In this document: positions 1-11,642 of the stretch, piece by piece
Layout: every line of letters begins with the position of its first letter
Numbering within the stretch: position 1 is the first letter of the stretch
Translations under genes and position numbers: made by a program
The notes under the pieces: model-generated
The model's database searches: none
Told to the model about the DNA's origin: nothing
The model's input: the letters and a program-made list of their open reading frames with translations, nothing else
Assembly (NCBI RefSeq): GCF_000485595.1
Contig: NW_014577088.1
Coordinates: 288,536-352,535, forward strand
Source of the DNA: Priapulus caudatus
Taxonomy: Eukaryota
Direction: 5' to 3'
DNA: 64,000 bases

Positions 1-396
1 CCAGATTCAAATGTTGCTGGCATTGTTGGCGTAGGTAATGAACCAGATGCGAATGTTGTTGGCGTAGGTAATGAACCAGATGCGAATGTTGCTGCTGAGT
101 TTGACGTATTTTGTGAACCAGATGCGAATGTTGCTGGCATCGTTGGTGTAGATTCTGAACCAGATTCAAATGTTGCTGGCATTGTTGGTGTAGTTAATGA
201 ACCAGATGCGAATGTTGCTGCTGAGTTTGACGTATTTTGTGAACCAGATGCGGATGTTGCTGGCATTGTTGGTGTAGATTCTGAACCAGATTCAAATGTT
301 GCTGGCATAGTTAATGAACCAGATGCGAATGTTGCTGCTGAGTTTGACGTAGTTTGTGAACCAGAGGCGGATGTTGCTGGTAATGTTCAAAACTGA
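1..396. repeat. 42-bp minisatellite array with 3-unit (126-bp) higher-order structure; possibly coding; truncated by window start
   Basis: Units GAACCAGA(T/G)(TCA/GCG)(A/G)ATGTTGCT... recur every 42 bp; two shortened units lose exactly 9 bp; no stops inside the array in three frames. Confidence 0.9.
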
Positions 397-2033
397 ATCG
401 CCTGTATTTCTTCGTAAGTCGGAAACAAGAATTCGACTGTTATTAACTTGTATAGGCTCTATGTATTGAGCCCGCTAACCGCAATCAGTCTCGATCAAAT
501 CCGCGAAAAAGGGTTTTCCATCCTTTTATCTATATACAATACAGTAATTCTATGTACCGACGTAGTACCCTAACGTGTTACCTGTTCAGTGGAAGGATTT
601 AGAAGCAACTGTGGCTTGAGGATGGTTATGGGTATCGGGCTCCTATCCGTTTATATATTTTTTATTAAATACTGCGACTCTACAAAGTTTCATGATCATG
701 TAAGTAATGTACGCTTTTGTGCGTATGTTCGTCGAAGCAGTACTTGCGCATGAGCATACGCCCAAGCACGCGCTGCTTGTCTTTCAACGTGTACCGTAGT
801 GCACATATTCTATCTGGAGTGAATAAAAACATATTTGTTTTTACTCACTCCTGACTTTGTAATACAAGCAAATTTGAAGAACCTCATTTGCTATGATTAT
901 GGGTATTAATGTTATATTAAAAATTTTGTTTTATCGATTATTATTCATAGTTTATGATGAATTATATATATATTGTATGGATTAATTTCCGACTTAAATA
1001 ACTAACTTTTTATTTAAATGGCAATCTTGCTATAATTTGTTGAATGAAACAAGATGTTTAGGCCTACTATTACTACGTATTTGAGGACATATGATGTTAT
1101 AGAGGCTATATGATTATATTATTATATTATTATATTATGATTATATAGGCTTATATGATGTAGGCTTATGATGTCGTAGGCTCATGATGCCGTAGGCCGT
1201 TATGATGATGTAGGCTCATGATATAGGCTTATATGATTATATTATTAGAGGCTATAGATGTATATGATGTTGATGATGAGATATAACATCTGAATTGAAC
1301 ACTGATGCAGTCAATTATTGTGGTTTATGATGATCGCGAGCTACTAAGTCCAAAACGTGTTCTAAACTTAGAGTTCGTGCGATGTTTTTGCATATCGTGA
1401 TTATCTATACCAGACATTGGCACGCGCGCGCGCACACGTACCAAGATTGAACACAGCTCGTTCGTACGTGCGTGGGTGTGCGGATGTCTATGTGTATGTG
1501 AATACATGTCGATTTTAATACGTTCAGAATAGATTTTAGCGGCGTATATGGTTAAATTACTCACACTATGTTGGGGTTCATAAGGTCATGAAACGGTGCG
1601 AGTATGTAAATGATTTTCTTAACCTAATCATTTGTCTTACTTGGCTAGTTCGTTCGCATGCCTTCAAACGGTAATAAGAGCAATGTGTTTCATTATTACA
1701 GAGAAGCCATGTGATGTGCGTAGACACGGTGTCAACGTCGTGGCGAGTGCCGTCTTCATGTGCAGATTTATTTTGAGTTCGTGAAGTTCCTCTCATGGCT
1801 TCTATAATTTGATACTAACGCAGAAAGTACTAGTACAGCCGTGCTGATATTATCTTTCGTTGATGGCGTAATAATCTTGAAAGTATTATTTTTAACCATC
1901 ATATATATTTGTTCAATTTTTTATACAAAGTTAATGCAACTGTATTCGGTGAATGTGTACTTACACTAATAAAATTCAAGGCAAGCAGTGTGTCTAGCCA
2001 TACATTGCAACTCTTCGTCTATAGCTTTCGTAG

Positions 2034-2120
2034 GTGGAGTATCACTTGATTGAAGCCATCATTTTGCGAAACATGCTAAGTCACGATAGTTTAGAGACGC
2101 GACAAGGTTGCTTCATGTGA
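2034..2120 (+). CDS. candidate exon of unrecognised plus-strand gene (VEYHLIEAIILRNMLSHDSLETRQG...); noisy copy at ~10994
   Basis: Acceptor ctttcgtag|GTG and open frame; ends at donor G|gttgct (2106) or at TGA 2118-2120; no homology recognised. Confidence 0.2.
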   Translation: MEYHLIEAIILRNMLSHDSLETRQGCFM

Positions 2121-2499
2121 CGGCACTCACGACTGAATACACTCACGTACAGTACGTGTGATCGCACTGATAATGTATTCATGCATATCTGCTTATTTTC
2201 ATTGTTTTCCAGCTTTTTCTAAGCGGATGTATTTCTCTAAGCTGTAGGAATTAAATTCAGCGACAAAAATTAGGGGTTCATGAAGTATAGGCACAGAATG
2301 AAACAAGCACGCTCAGCCCTAGTGTTTTATACCGCGTACAGACTCGCATGCGACTCTCACACAGAAATAGACTTTTCTGTTTCAAATCTTTGGCGTGTCT
2401 TCTTATCTTTCGCCTTATCTCTGCTTGAACTCTGCTGGACCTTATCACTGCGGTATTTCTCCGTGTGTGTTATTATATGTACGTTGCATGCCCACGTTA

Positions 2500-2541
<42 letters not shown>

Positions 2542-3000
2542 TTCCCCACTACTTATTAGAAAATAATGTGTCGGTGCTGCCACCTACTCGTCCACGTTTG
2601 CAACACTGAGCTGTATAATGACATTATAGTTGTTATACATAACGTATTTACAATTTAGTTATTATATATCTACTATATTAAGAAAGAGAGAAAGAGGGGA
2701 GAGAGATTGTGAGAGAGTGAAAGAGAGAAAGAGGAGGAGAGAGAAGAGGGGCGATGCCTGCTGTAGGCATTTAAATCCCTGTGCGATAAAAAAAATCTTT
2801 TTTTGCTGAACATCTAAACCAAGATGGTGACAATAAACATGCATTAATATTGTTGCATTTGGGTATTTTTGTCATATGATGGAAACTCTTTTAGGATTTC
2901 AGTTAAGGTTTAGGCAACAGTTGTCTGTTAACGTGGATCGATCTATGGTATTTAATAGCATAGGAAAAATGTTATAGATAAATCATCTTTACATTTGCAG

Positions 3001-3098
3001 GATGCTTCACTGGATTTATCTCGAACTGATAACGTCGAGGATTCAACAAATGAACTGGACTCTCCCCAGGGAAAAGGTGTCAAGGTCACCAATATCTG
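3001..3098 (+). CDS. candidate exon of unrecognised plus-strand gene (DASLDLSRTDNVEDSTNELDSPQGKGVKVTNI)
   Basis: Strong acceptor tttacatttgcag|GAT, open frame, donor TG|gtaatg (phase 2) compatible with exon at 4102. Confidence 0.3.
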
Positions 3099-4101
3099 GT
3101 AATGCTTTTTAAAAGGTTGCCTTTGCACCAAGGTCAAATGGCTTCTCCTCACCAGCATCTCGTGACTTCCTTCGTAAAGTAAACTCATTACCAAAATCAT
3201 ATCACTACTAACTGGTCACAGCTTGAACAGGCTCATGTTATTGCTGTACAACTGACAGGTTAGGCATCGCGTTTCTATGTAATGAGTGTGTCTGGCTGCG
3301 TTGTCCTTTCAGGACGTAATGTACATGTGGGTCGGCCTTCCGATAATCTGTCTCGCGAGTCATGACTGATTATATATTCGTACACAGTTTACTGAAACGT
3401 CAACAGCAACAGCGAGTGTTACACTGCAAAAACGCCATATCGTTCTAACTAACAATATATACTTGCATTATATAATACTGTATATAAGTTACGTAATTAT
3501 AGAAAACACTCTAGGATCCCATTGAGATATTCCATGAACTAAGATCTGTAGTTGCTACTCCTCTAAACGCAGAGAAACAAACTCTTAAAATAGAAAGAGT
3601 TTTGTGTAAAACTTTTTCGAACCCCCTGTAAACTATTGCAAAGAATTCTATTGAATGTAACATGGGAGCAAGAGCCATTTCTTATCAGTGAAATCATATA
3701 CGGATCCATTATACAGACAGTAAAAATGAAAGTATGTGGTGCTGATGCAAGTATACTAACACGGCTATTACTGCATCCCTATTCTTTGGATTAATTGTCC
3801 TGTCAGAAATCCATTGTCATTGTGATGCCATTGCGCAAAGTGCGAGAGTTATAACGTTGTATATTTTCAATCCGAATGCAAAATAATTAACGTAAACTAA
3901 AGCCTATTATCAGATATATCTGCTGAGCTTTTCTCCACATTGCACTATCTGCATCTGCATCTACTGTCTGCGTTATTCGGGGTAAGCGTGTGGCATTGCA
4001 CTTGATGTATGTGAAACTTTTCCTGTGTGCAACTGCGTCCTCACAGCTCAAGTAAGCCTTGCACGCACCGCTCTATTAACTTTTGCTGTTGCAATTTTCA
4101 G

Positions 4102-4132
4102 TCACGCTGTGTCACCCTCTAGTGCTGCACAA
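4102..4132 (+). CDS. candidate 31-nt exon (HAVSPSSAAQ)
   Basis: Acceptor gcaattttcag|T, consensus donor CAA|gtaagt; phase 2 in, phase 0 out, fitting both neighbours. Confidence 0.3.
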
Positions 4133-5238
4133 GTAAGTTACCCACAATGCTAACTATATAATCCAGGTTGTGTGCGTCGCTTTGTCCCGCGCACACCTAG
4201 CATGATCGGTGGTTGATTGACATGTCAAAAATATTCAGTATTAAAATAGCATATAATATGCTATATATGTGTGATACCATAACAAATTGTATTTGTACTT
4301 GACAAACTAGTTTTATAGCTATCTGTTTCATGATTTAGGTTTGATTTGTTTTTGTTTTTTAAATTGACGGTTGCTTTTTAGTGGTTATTAAGTTTTCTAA
4401 CCGGATGTCGTGGGAAGTTTTTTTTTACTTTTTAACCCCGATGTGAAAGACTGTACGTGATTATTCTTTAGTATTGCATATGTCATGAAATAATGATGTC
4501 ATAATTTGTATATATCAGTACATGTATCATGTACATAATTACGTCATTCGTGTGCATGTGTAACGCGATGGTGATGGCTTATCCGGTATCTAGTCATTAA
4601 AATATCTAAACATATATAATATATGTGTATATCATCTTAAAGCTAAGCCTTATCACAGGGTCGATCACTGCCATCTCTGTAATTTACAAGGGTACTCTAG
4701 AATCCGTTGTCAGCTGCCAATAGTACTACTTGTCAAGGAGTCACTACCATTGACATATAAAGGCTCTCTGATAAAGTGGCGTGCCAACCAACTAACGTCA
4801 TTGTCGATTCTAGCCGTGTAAAATCCAAAATATGGGTTCACTCGAGGCTTCCGCAATGCACTCGTTTGTCGTCGGAGAGTTGACAAGGCTGTAAGAGCTG
4901 GTTGAATTTGTTACGAGAGACGTGCGGGCGAGCAGCTCTAGTTGGACAGAGGATTATATAAGTCGTTATATAGCTTCTAATGCAATTTTCGAACTTATAT
5001 CGCTGGTTTAGAGAAATACTTGTATACCTGCTCAGAGAAAACCCTTCGCGATATTTTCTAATGGTTTATGACGAATTTGTCATTTGGCTTTTGTAGGTCA
5101 GAATATTTGTTTACTTCAAAGCAATCAGTAGCTGAATAGATGTAATATAATGAGATCATTTGATGGTATATTCCGTGTGATGGGTGCATCCGGGGCAAAT
5201 TTTCGGTGATGGTGATTTGCAATATTTATTACTTATAA

Positions 5239-5499
5239 GGCTGGTCCACAAAAACCTGACTGTTTGCCGTAACCAGAATGACCCAGTAATTTGTTAGCAA
5301 CTGAAATTTTTTTCCATTTAATTACACGATTTTTCCACTTCGAACTTTCCAAAAATCTTGACGTACTTTTAATAATGATGCGTTTTGCGTTTTTTCTTCT
5401 CAAATGAAAAAAACCTTCGAGGAAAATGCTTACCTGCTGACTTTCTCAAACCTTACGACAGGGATCACGGTAGCCAGACAGTTTCTTCTGGACTAGTCC
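5239..5499. mobile_element. decayed MITE with ~35-bp imperfect TIRs
   Basis: Left ggctggtccacaaaaacctgactgtttgccgtaacc vs reverse complement of right end ggactagtccagaagaaactgtctggctaccgtgatcc. Confidence 0.45.
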
Positions 5500-5503
5500 A
5501 ATC

Positions 5504-5679
5504 AAAGCCGATCAACATCTAACGATTTTTGTCGCCATTAAGTCATCGGTTAATCGCCCGGTGCGCGGTATTCTGCGACTTAAAATATTAGCATAAAACT
5601 ATTGCTAACACCCATAGAATGTATGTCACCTACCGCAAACATGTGTGGCGACAAAAATTGGTAGGTGTGTGTCGGCTTT
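5504..5679. mobile_element. PIF/Harbinger-like MITE
   Basis: TIRs aaagccgatcaacatctaacgatttttgtcgcca / tggcgacaaaaattggtaggtgtgtgtcggcttt. Confidence 0.65.
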
Positions 5680-6297
5680 ATGTGACTATGAATGTGGGTA
5701 TGGCGGTATGCATCTGCATGAGAAAGGCTTGGTGGTGGGTGTTATTAAATGCGTACGTTTTAATGTCTTCATTGCATTTTAAATATTTGATTACCAGTAG
5801 TCATCAATAATTTATAACAATGTGCATATCGTAAAACCAGAACATTTACCAAATACCAACAAATTTATTAAAATTCCCCGGACGGATGAATATATTTCCC
5901 ACTGTAAATACATTAATTTTACGTTTAGTGATGTATATATAACAAATATCTTACGATTGTAAATGGGGGAAAAATGATAAGTGATTTCCGTTAATCACGT
6001 ATACTAATTTGGTGGTTTGTAAGTAATAATTCTACTACTCGAAACATTTCCAAAACGACGAAGAGCGTCTAGGCTGGGTTGCCTGCATATACACAGCTAT
6101 GTGTGTGTGTGTGTGTGTGTGTCTTTGTAATTCACGATTGTAGTAATGCAAGTAAATTTCGTAATCGCGAGGTGCGTGTTTTCAAGTATGTGATTTCATG
6201 ACTAATTACGATAATAAAGTAATATTCCCATTATTAATTCATAAATACAGCTGTTAGCTACTACTGCGCAAGCTTCATTCGATTCTAACTCTCTATG

Positions 6298-6336
<39 letters not shown>

Positions 6337-6466
6337 GTCTATCTGTCTGCCTATACCTATCTGTCTGTCTGTCTATACATCTATCAATCTATCTATACGA
6401 TATCGATCGATCACGCACACACGTGAGCACCCACACCACACTTTTTCTTGATCTTTCTTGTTCTCG

Positions 6467-6517
<51 letters not shown>

Positions 6518-6879
6518 ATATTATATATATATATATACCACTTTTTATATCTATATATATATATATATCAGAAAGGTAGGGGATAATAGGGGGTTCTCTA
6601 TGCATTTAAACGTGCATAATAATACTGTGAATAATATGAGGGACTCTTTATTTCCTATTAACGCTACTGTACTATTTTTTATAACAAATTGTGAATTTCA
6701 TGTTTTATTTGACTGAAATGTTCTGAACGTTCTTCGTAGGGTTTACCTAGCAATCGTAACCTTCAATATTAACATATTTGGTAACTTTATTAACTTACTT
6801 GAGATAAGGTAGGTATTTTCGTAGCCATACCTTTACAATCATGTACTGCAATCCTGCGTGATTTTAATCTTTGTCATAG

Positions 6880-6978
6880 GAAACGAATAAAGATGCACTT
6901 TCCGTCGATATTCCACCGGAAGAGGCGACAGCAGCACACGACATCCTAATGAAGTTTAGGTTGGATCCGCTCACTATT
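6880..6978 (+). CDS. candidate 99-nt exon of unrecognised plus-strand gene (ETNKDALSVDIPPEEATAAHDILMKFRLDPLTI)
   Basis: Acceptor ttttaatctttgtcatag|GAA, donor ATT|gtatgt, phase 0-0, open frame, higher GC than flanks. Confidence 0.35.
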
Positions 6979-7080
6979 GTATGTGTAAACGGGAGCAAAC
7001 ATAATCCAATGACCGCCGTATCCAGTGCAAAGCCGCAGGACGCCTGCAGCAAGCAAGACGCAGCCGTCGTCTTCTGTTAA

Positions 7081-7534
7081 AGCCCGGCGCACACGTTGGC
7101 GATTTTGTCGACAGGAACCGGCGATTCTGTGCACCAAACAAAATCCGCGGAGAAATCGCACGTTGCCGCTGCCGGGCCGTCACCGATTTGGACGCCAAGC
7201 TCGTCGCTGGAATATACAACATGTTTGATAGTTGTGCCCAGTCGCCTGAACAATCCGCTACGTCGTGCGCCGCCACTTGGCGATGGATCCGACAACAAGC
7301 TTTTTGGTCTAACCAATCAAATGCATGATGTTAAGACGTGATCAAATATTAGGCCAGCGCCGTGGAGTGTGGGTTTGAACAGTGTCACGTACATTCATAC
7401 AATTTATTGTCGCTGACAGACGTTTGATATTGTCGACCGGGTGGCGCACACCGTGCCGCGGGATTTTTATCGACAGTACGGCGATAAAAATCGACGGGTA
7501 CTGTCGATAAAATCGCACGTGCTGCGCCGGGGCT
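7081..7534. mobile_element. PIF/Harbinger-like MITE
   Basis: TIRs agcccggcgcacacgttggcgattttgtcgacag / ctgtcgataaaatcgcacgtgctgcgccggggct, flanked by TAA and TAG; internal repeats of the TIR motif. Confidence 0.7.
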
Positions 7535-7570
7535 TAGTCGCAGTAGTTGAGTTACAGATGATGAGGTGCT

Positions 7571-9330
7571 ATGTACGGTAGTCCTGCTACCGGGGTTGGC
7601 ATAGTTAAACAAACTGAAGCCAAAACTGTTGCCGCTGTTGACGCAGTTTGTGAACCAGAGGCGAATGTTGCCGCCGATGTTAACGTGGTTTGTGAACCAG
7701 ATGCGATTGTTGCTGACATTGTGCGTGTAGTTACTGAACCAGATTCAAATGTTGCTGGCATTGTTGGTGTAGGTAATGAACCAGATGCGAATGTTGCCTG
7801 CTGGTTTGACGTATTTTGTGAACCAGAGGCGGATGTTGCTGGCATCGTTGGTGTAGATTCTGAACCAGATTCAAATGTTGCTGGCATTGTTGGCGTAGGT
7901 AATGAACCAGATGCGAATGTTGCTGCTGAGTTTGACGTATTTTGTGAACCAGAGGCGGATGTTGCTGGCATCGTTGGTGTATTCTGACCAGATTCAATGT
8001 CTGCTGACATTGTTGGTGTAGTTAATGCAACAGATGCGAATGTGCTGCGAGTTTGACGTATTTTGTGAACAGATGCGAATGTTGCTGGCCATCGTTGTGT
8101 AGTTCTGAACCAGATTCAATGTTGCTGGCATTGTTGGCGTATGTATGAACCAGATGCGAATGTTGCTGCTGAGTTGACGTATTTTTGTGACCAGCTTGCG
8201 AGTTGCTTGTGCATCGTGTGGTGTAGATTCTGAACCAGATTCAAATGTTGGCTAGCATTGTTGGCGTAGGTAATGAACCAGATGCGATCGTTGTGCGCAT
8301 TGTTGGTGTAGATTCTGAAGGCAGTTCAAATGTTGCTGGCATTGTTGGCCGACCGGTATGGAACGCATGCGGAATGTTGCTGCCTGAGTTTTGCACGTAT
8401 TTTCGTGAACAGATGACGGATGTTGCTGGATTGTTGGTGTGATTCCTTGAACCAAGATTCAAATGTTGCTGGCATTGTTGGGTGTAGTTTATGAACCAGA
8501 GGCGGATGTGCTGGCATCGTTGCGTGTAGATTCTGAACCGCATTAAATGTTGCCTGACATTGTTGGTGTAGTTAATGAACCAGATGCCGGAACTGTTGCT
8601 GCTGAGTTTGACGTTTTTGCTGAACCAGAGGCGGATGTTGCTGGCATTGTTCGGGTGTAGATTTCCCAGCCAAGTTGTGACGACTTGTTGCGTTAGTCTA
8701 TGACCAGCATGCAAGTGTTGCCTCCTGAGTTTTGACGTATTTTGTGAACAGATCGGATGTTGCTGACATTGTGTGTGATTCGAACCAGATTCAAATGTTT
8801 GCTGCATGTTTGGCCTGTGTTATGAAACAGATGCGAATGTTGCTTGCTGAGTTTGACGTACTTTTGTGAACCAGATGCGGATGTATGCTGGCCATCGTTG
8901 GTGTAGATTCTGAACCCGATTCAAAATCGTGCTGACAGTCTGTTGGCTGTAGTTAATGCAACAGATCGAATGTTGCTGCCGAGTTTGACGTATTTTGTTA
9001 ACCGAGGCGGATGTTGCTGCCATCGTTGTGTAGATTTCCGACCAGATGCCAAATGTTGCTGCGCGTTGTTGAGTGCAATTGTGTGAACCAGATTCAATGT
9101 TGCCTCGATTGTTGGCTGTAGGTACAGTGAACCAGACTGCGAAGGTTGGCTTGCTGAGTTTGACGTATTTTGTGAACAGATGCAGATGTTGCTGCATTGT
9201 TGGTGTAGATTCTGAACCAGATTCAAAATGTTAGCTGAGCCTAGTTAATGAACAGATGGCGAATGATGCTGCTGAGTTTTGACGTAGTTGCTGAACCAGA
9301 GGCGCGATGTTGCATGCGTAATGTTCAGAA
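7571..9330. repeat. second, longer copy of the 42-bp minisatellite array; mostly clean to ~7980, indel-rich afterwards
   Basis: Same units as 1-396; ORFs 7552-8010(-), 7571-7987(+) and 7731-7997(-) all run through it; ends with the same gtaatgttca(a/g)aactgaatcgcc junction as the first copy. Confidence 0.9.
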
Positions 9331-11448
9331 CTGAATCGCCTGTATTTCTTCTAAAGTCGGAAACAAAGAATTCGACTGTTATTAACTCTGTATAGGCTCT
9401 ATGTATTGAGCCCGCTTAACCGCAATCAGTCTCGATCAAAATCGCGAAAAGGGTTTTTCATCCTTTTATCTATATACAATACAGTAATTCTATGTACCAC
9501 GTTAGTACCCTACGTGTTACCTGCTTTCAGTGGAAGGATTTAGACAGCCAACTGTGGCTTGAGGATGGTTATGGGATATGCCGGCTCCTATCCGTTTATA
9601 TTATGTTTATTAATACTGCGACTCTACAAAGTTTTCATGATCTGTAAGTAATGTACCGCTTTTGTGCGTATGTTCGTCGAAGCAGTACGTGCGCTGAGCA
9701 TACGCCCAAGCACGCGCTGCTTGTCTTTCAACGTGTACCGTAGTGCACATATTCTAGTGCTGGAGTGAATAAAACATATTTGTTTTCTACTCACTCCTGT
9801 TCCTTTGTAATACAGCAATTTGAAAGAACCTCATTTGCTATGCTTATGGGTATTATGCTTATATCTAAAATTTTTGTTTTATCGACTTATTATTCATAGT
9901 TTATGATGATTATATATATTTGCTATTTGGGGTTAATTTCCGACTTAATAACTACTTTTATTTTAAATGGCCAAATCTTGCTATAATTTGTGAATGAACC
10001 AGATGTTTACTATTACCTACGTATTTGATGGACATATGATGTTATGAGGCCTATATGATTATTTATTATATTATTATATTATGATTATATAGGCTTATAT
10101 GATGTAGGCCTTTATGATGTCGTAGGCCTCATGCATGTCGTAGGTCATGATGCCGTAGGCCGTATGATGATGTAGGCCTCATGATATAGCTTATATGATT
10201 ATATTATTAGAGGCTATGATGTTATGATGTGATGATGAGATATAACATCTGATCGAACACTGATGCAGATCAATTATTCGTGGTTTTGATGATCGCGAGC
10301 TACCTAAGTCCAAACGTGTTCTTAACTTAGAGTTTCGGCGATGTTGTTGATATCGTGTTATCTATATCAGCATTGGCACGCGCGCGCGCCACGTACCATA
10401 TTGAACACAGCTCGTCGTACGTGCGTGCGGTGTGCGGATGTCTATGTGATATGTGAATACATGTCGCATTTTAATACGTTCAGAATAGATTGTAGCGGCG
10501 TATATGGTTAAATTACGCACACTATGGTGGCGTCATAAGGTCCACTTGAAAACGGCTGCGAGTATGTAAATGATTTCTTAATCATATTTGTCTACTGGCT
10601 AGTTTCGTTCTCATGCCTTCAACGGTCATAAGCAGCGCAGTGTGTCATTATTACAGAGAAGCATGTGATGTGCGTAGAGACGGTGTCACAGTTCGTGGCG
10701 ACTGCGTCTTCATGTGCAGATTTATTTGAGTTTCGTGAAGTTCTTCATGGCTTCTATAATTTGATACTAACGCAGAAAGTACTAGTACAGCCGTGCTGAT
10801 ATTATCTTTCGTGATTCGGCATATAAGGCTTGACAAGTTTTAATTTTTAACCATCATAATATTTTCAATTTTTTATACAAAGGTTAATGAACTGTATTCG
10901 GTGAAATGGTTGTACTCACTAATAAACTTCAATGGCAAGCAGGGTGCTCTAGCCATACATCTGCCCAACTCGTTTCGTCTATAGCTTTCGTAGGTGGAGT
11001 ACTCACTTGCATTGACCATCATTTGCGAACATGATAGTCACGATAGTTTAGAGGACGCGACAAGGGTTGCTTCATGTGAACGGCCCACTCACGATGAACT
11101 ACACTCACGCTACAGTACGTGTGATCGCACTGATATGTATCATGCATATCTGCTTCATTTTTGTTTTCACTTTTCTAGGGATATATTTCTCTAAGCTGTG
11201 GAATTACATTTCAGCGACAAAATTTGGTTCATGAAGTGTAGGCACGAAATGAACAGCACGCCTCAGCCCAAGTGTTTTATACCGCGTACAGAACTCGCAT
11301 GCCGACTCTCAACAGAAATAGACTGTTTTCTGCTTTCAAACCTTGGCGTGTCTTCTTTATCTTTCGCCTTACTCTCTGCCCTTTGACTCTGCTGGACCTT
11401 TCTCACTGTGGTATTTCTCCGTTGCTGGTCTTATATGTTACGTCTCCA

Positions 11449-11479
<31 letters not shown>

Positions 11480-11642
11480 CTCTCTCTGCTCTCTCTCTCT
11501 CTCGCTCTCCCATACTTTATATGAAAATTAAGGTGTCGTTGCTGCATCTACTCGTCTCGTTTGCACACTGCAGCTGTTATAATGACATTATAGTTGTTAT
11601 ACATAGTATTTACAATTTAGTTATTATATATCTACTATATTA
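8000..11642 (+). repeat. error-rich direct copy of the array plus 397-2679 (probable long-read gap fill or haplotype duplication)
   Basis: Colinear with 1-2679 up to ttatatatctactatatta, with frequent 1-bp indels typical of an uncorrected long read. Confidence 0.85.

Noticed and set aside
6946..7612. Cluster of overlapping 60-100 aa ORFs
   Set aside because: They fall mostly within a GC-rich Harbinger-like MITE (7081-7534)
1..9330. 42-bp periodic array as a CRISPR array or bacterial ice-nucleation protein
   Set aside because: Contiguous tandem units without unique spacers, no cas genes, eukaryotic context; the 14-aa Pro-containing repeats do not match the AGYGSTxT ice-nucleation repeat
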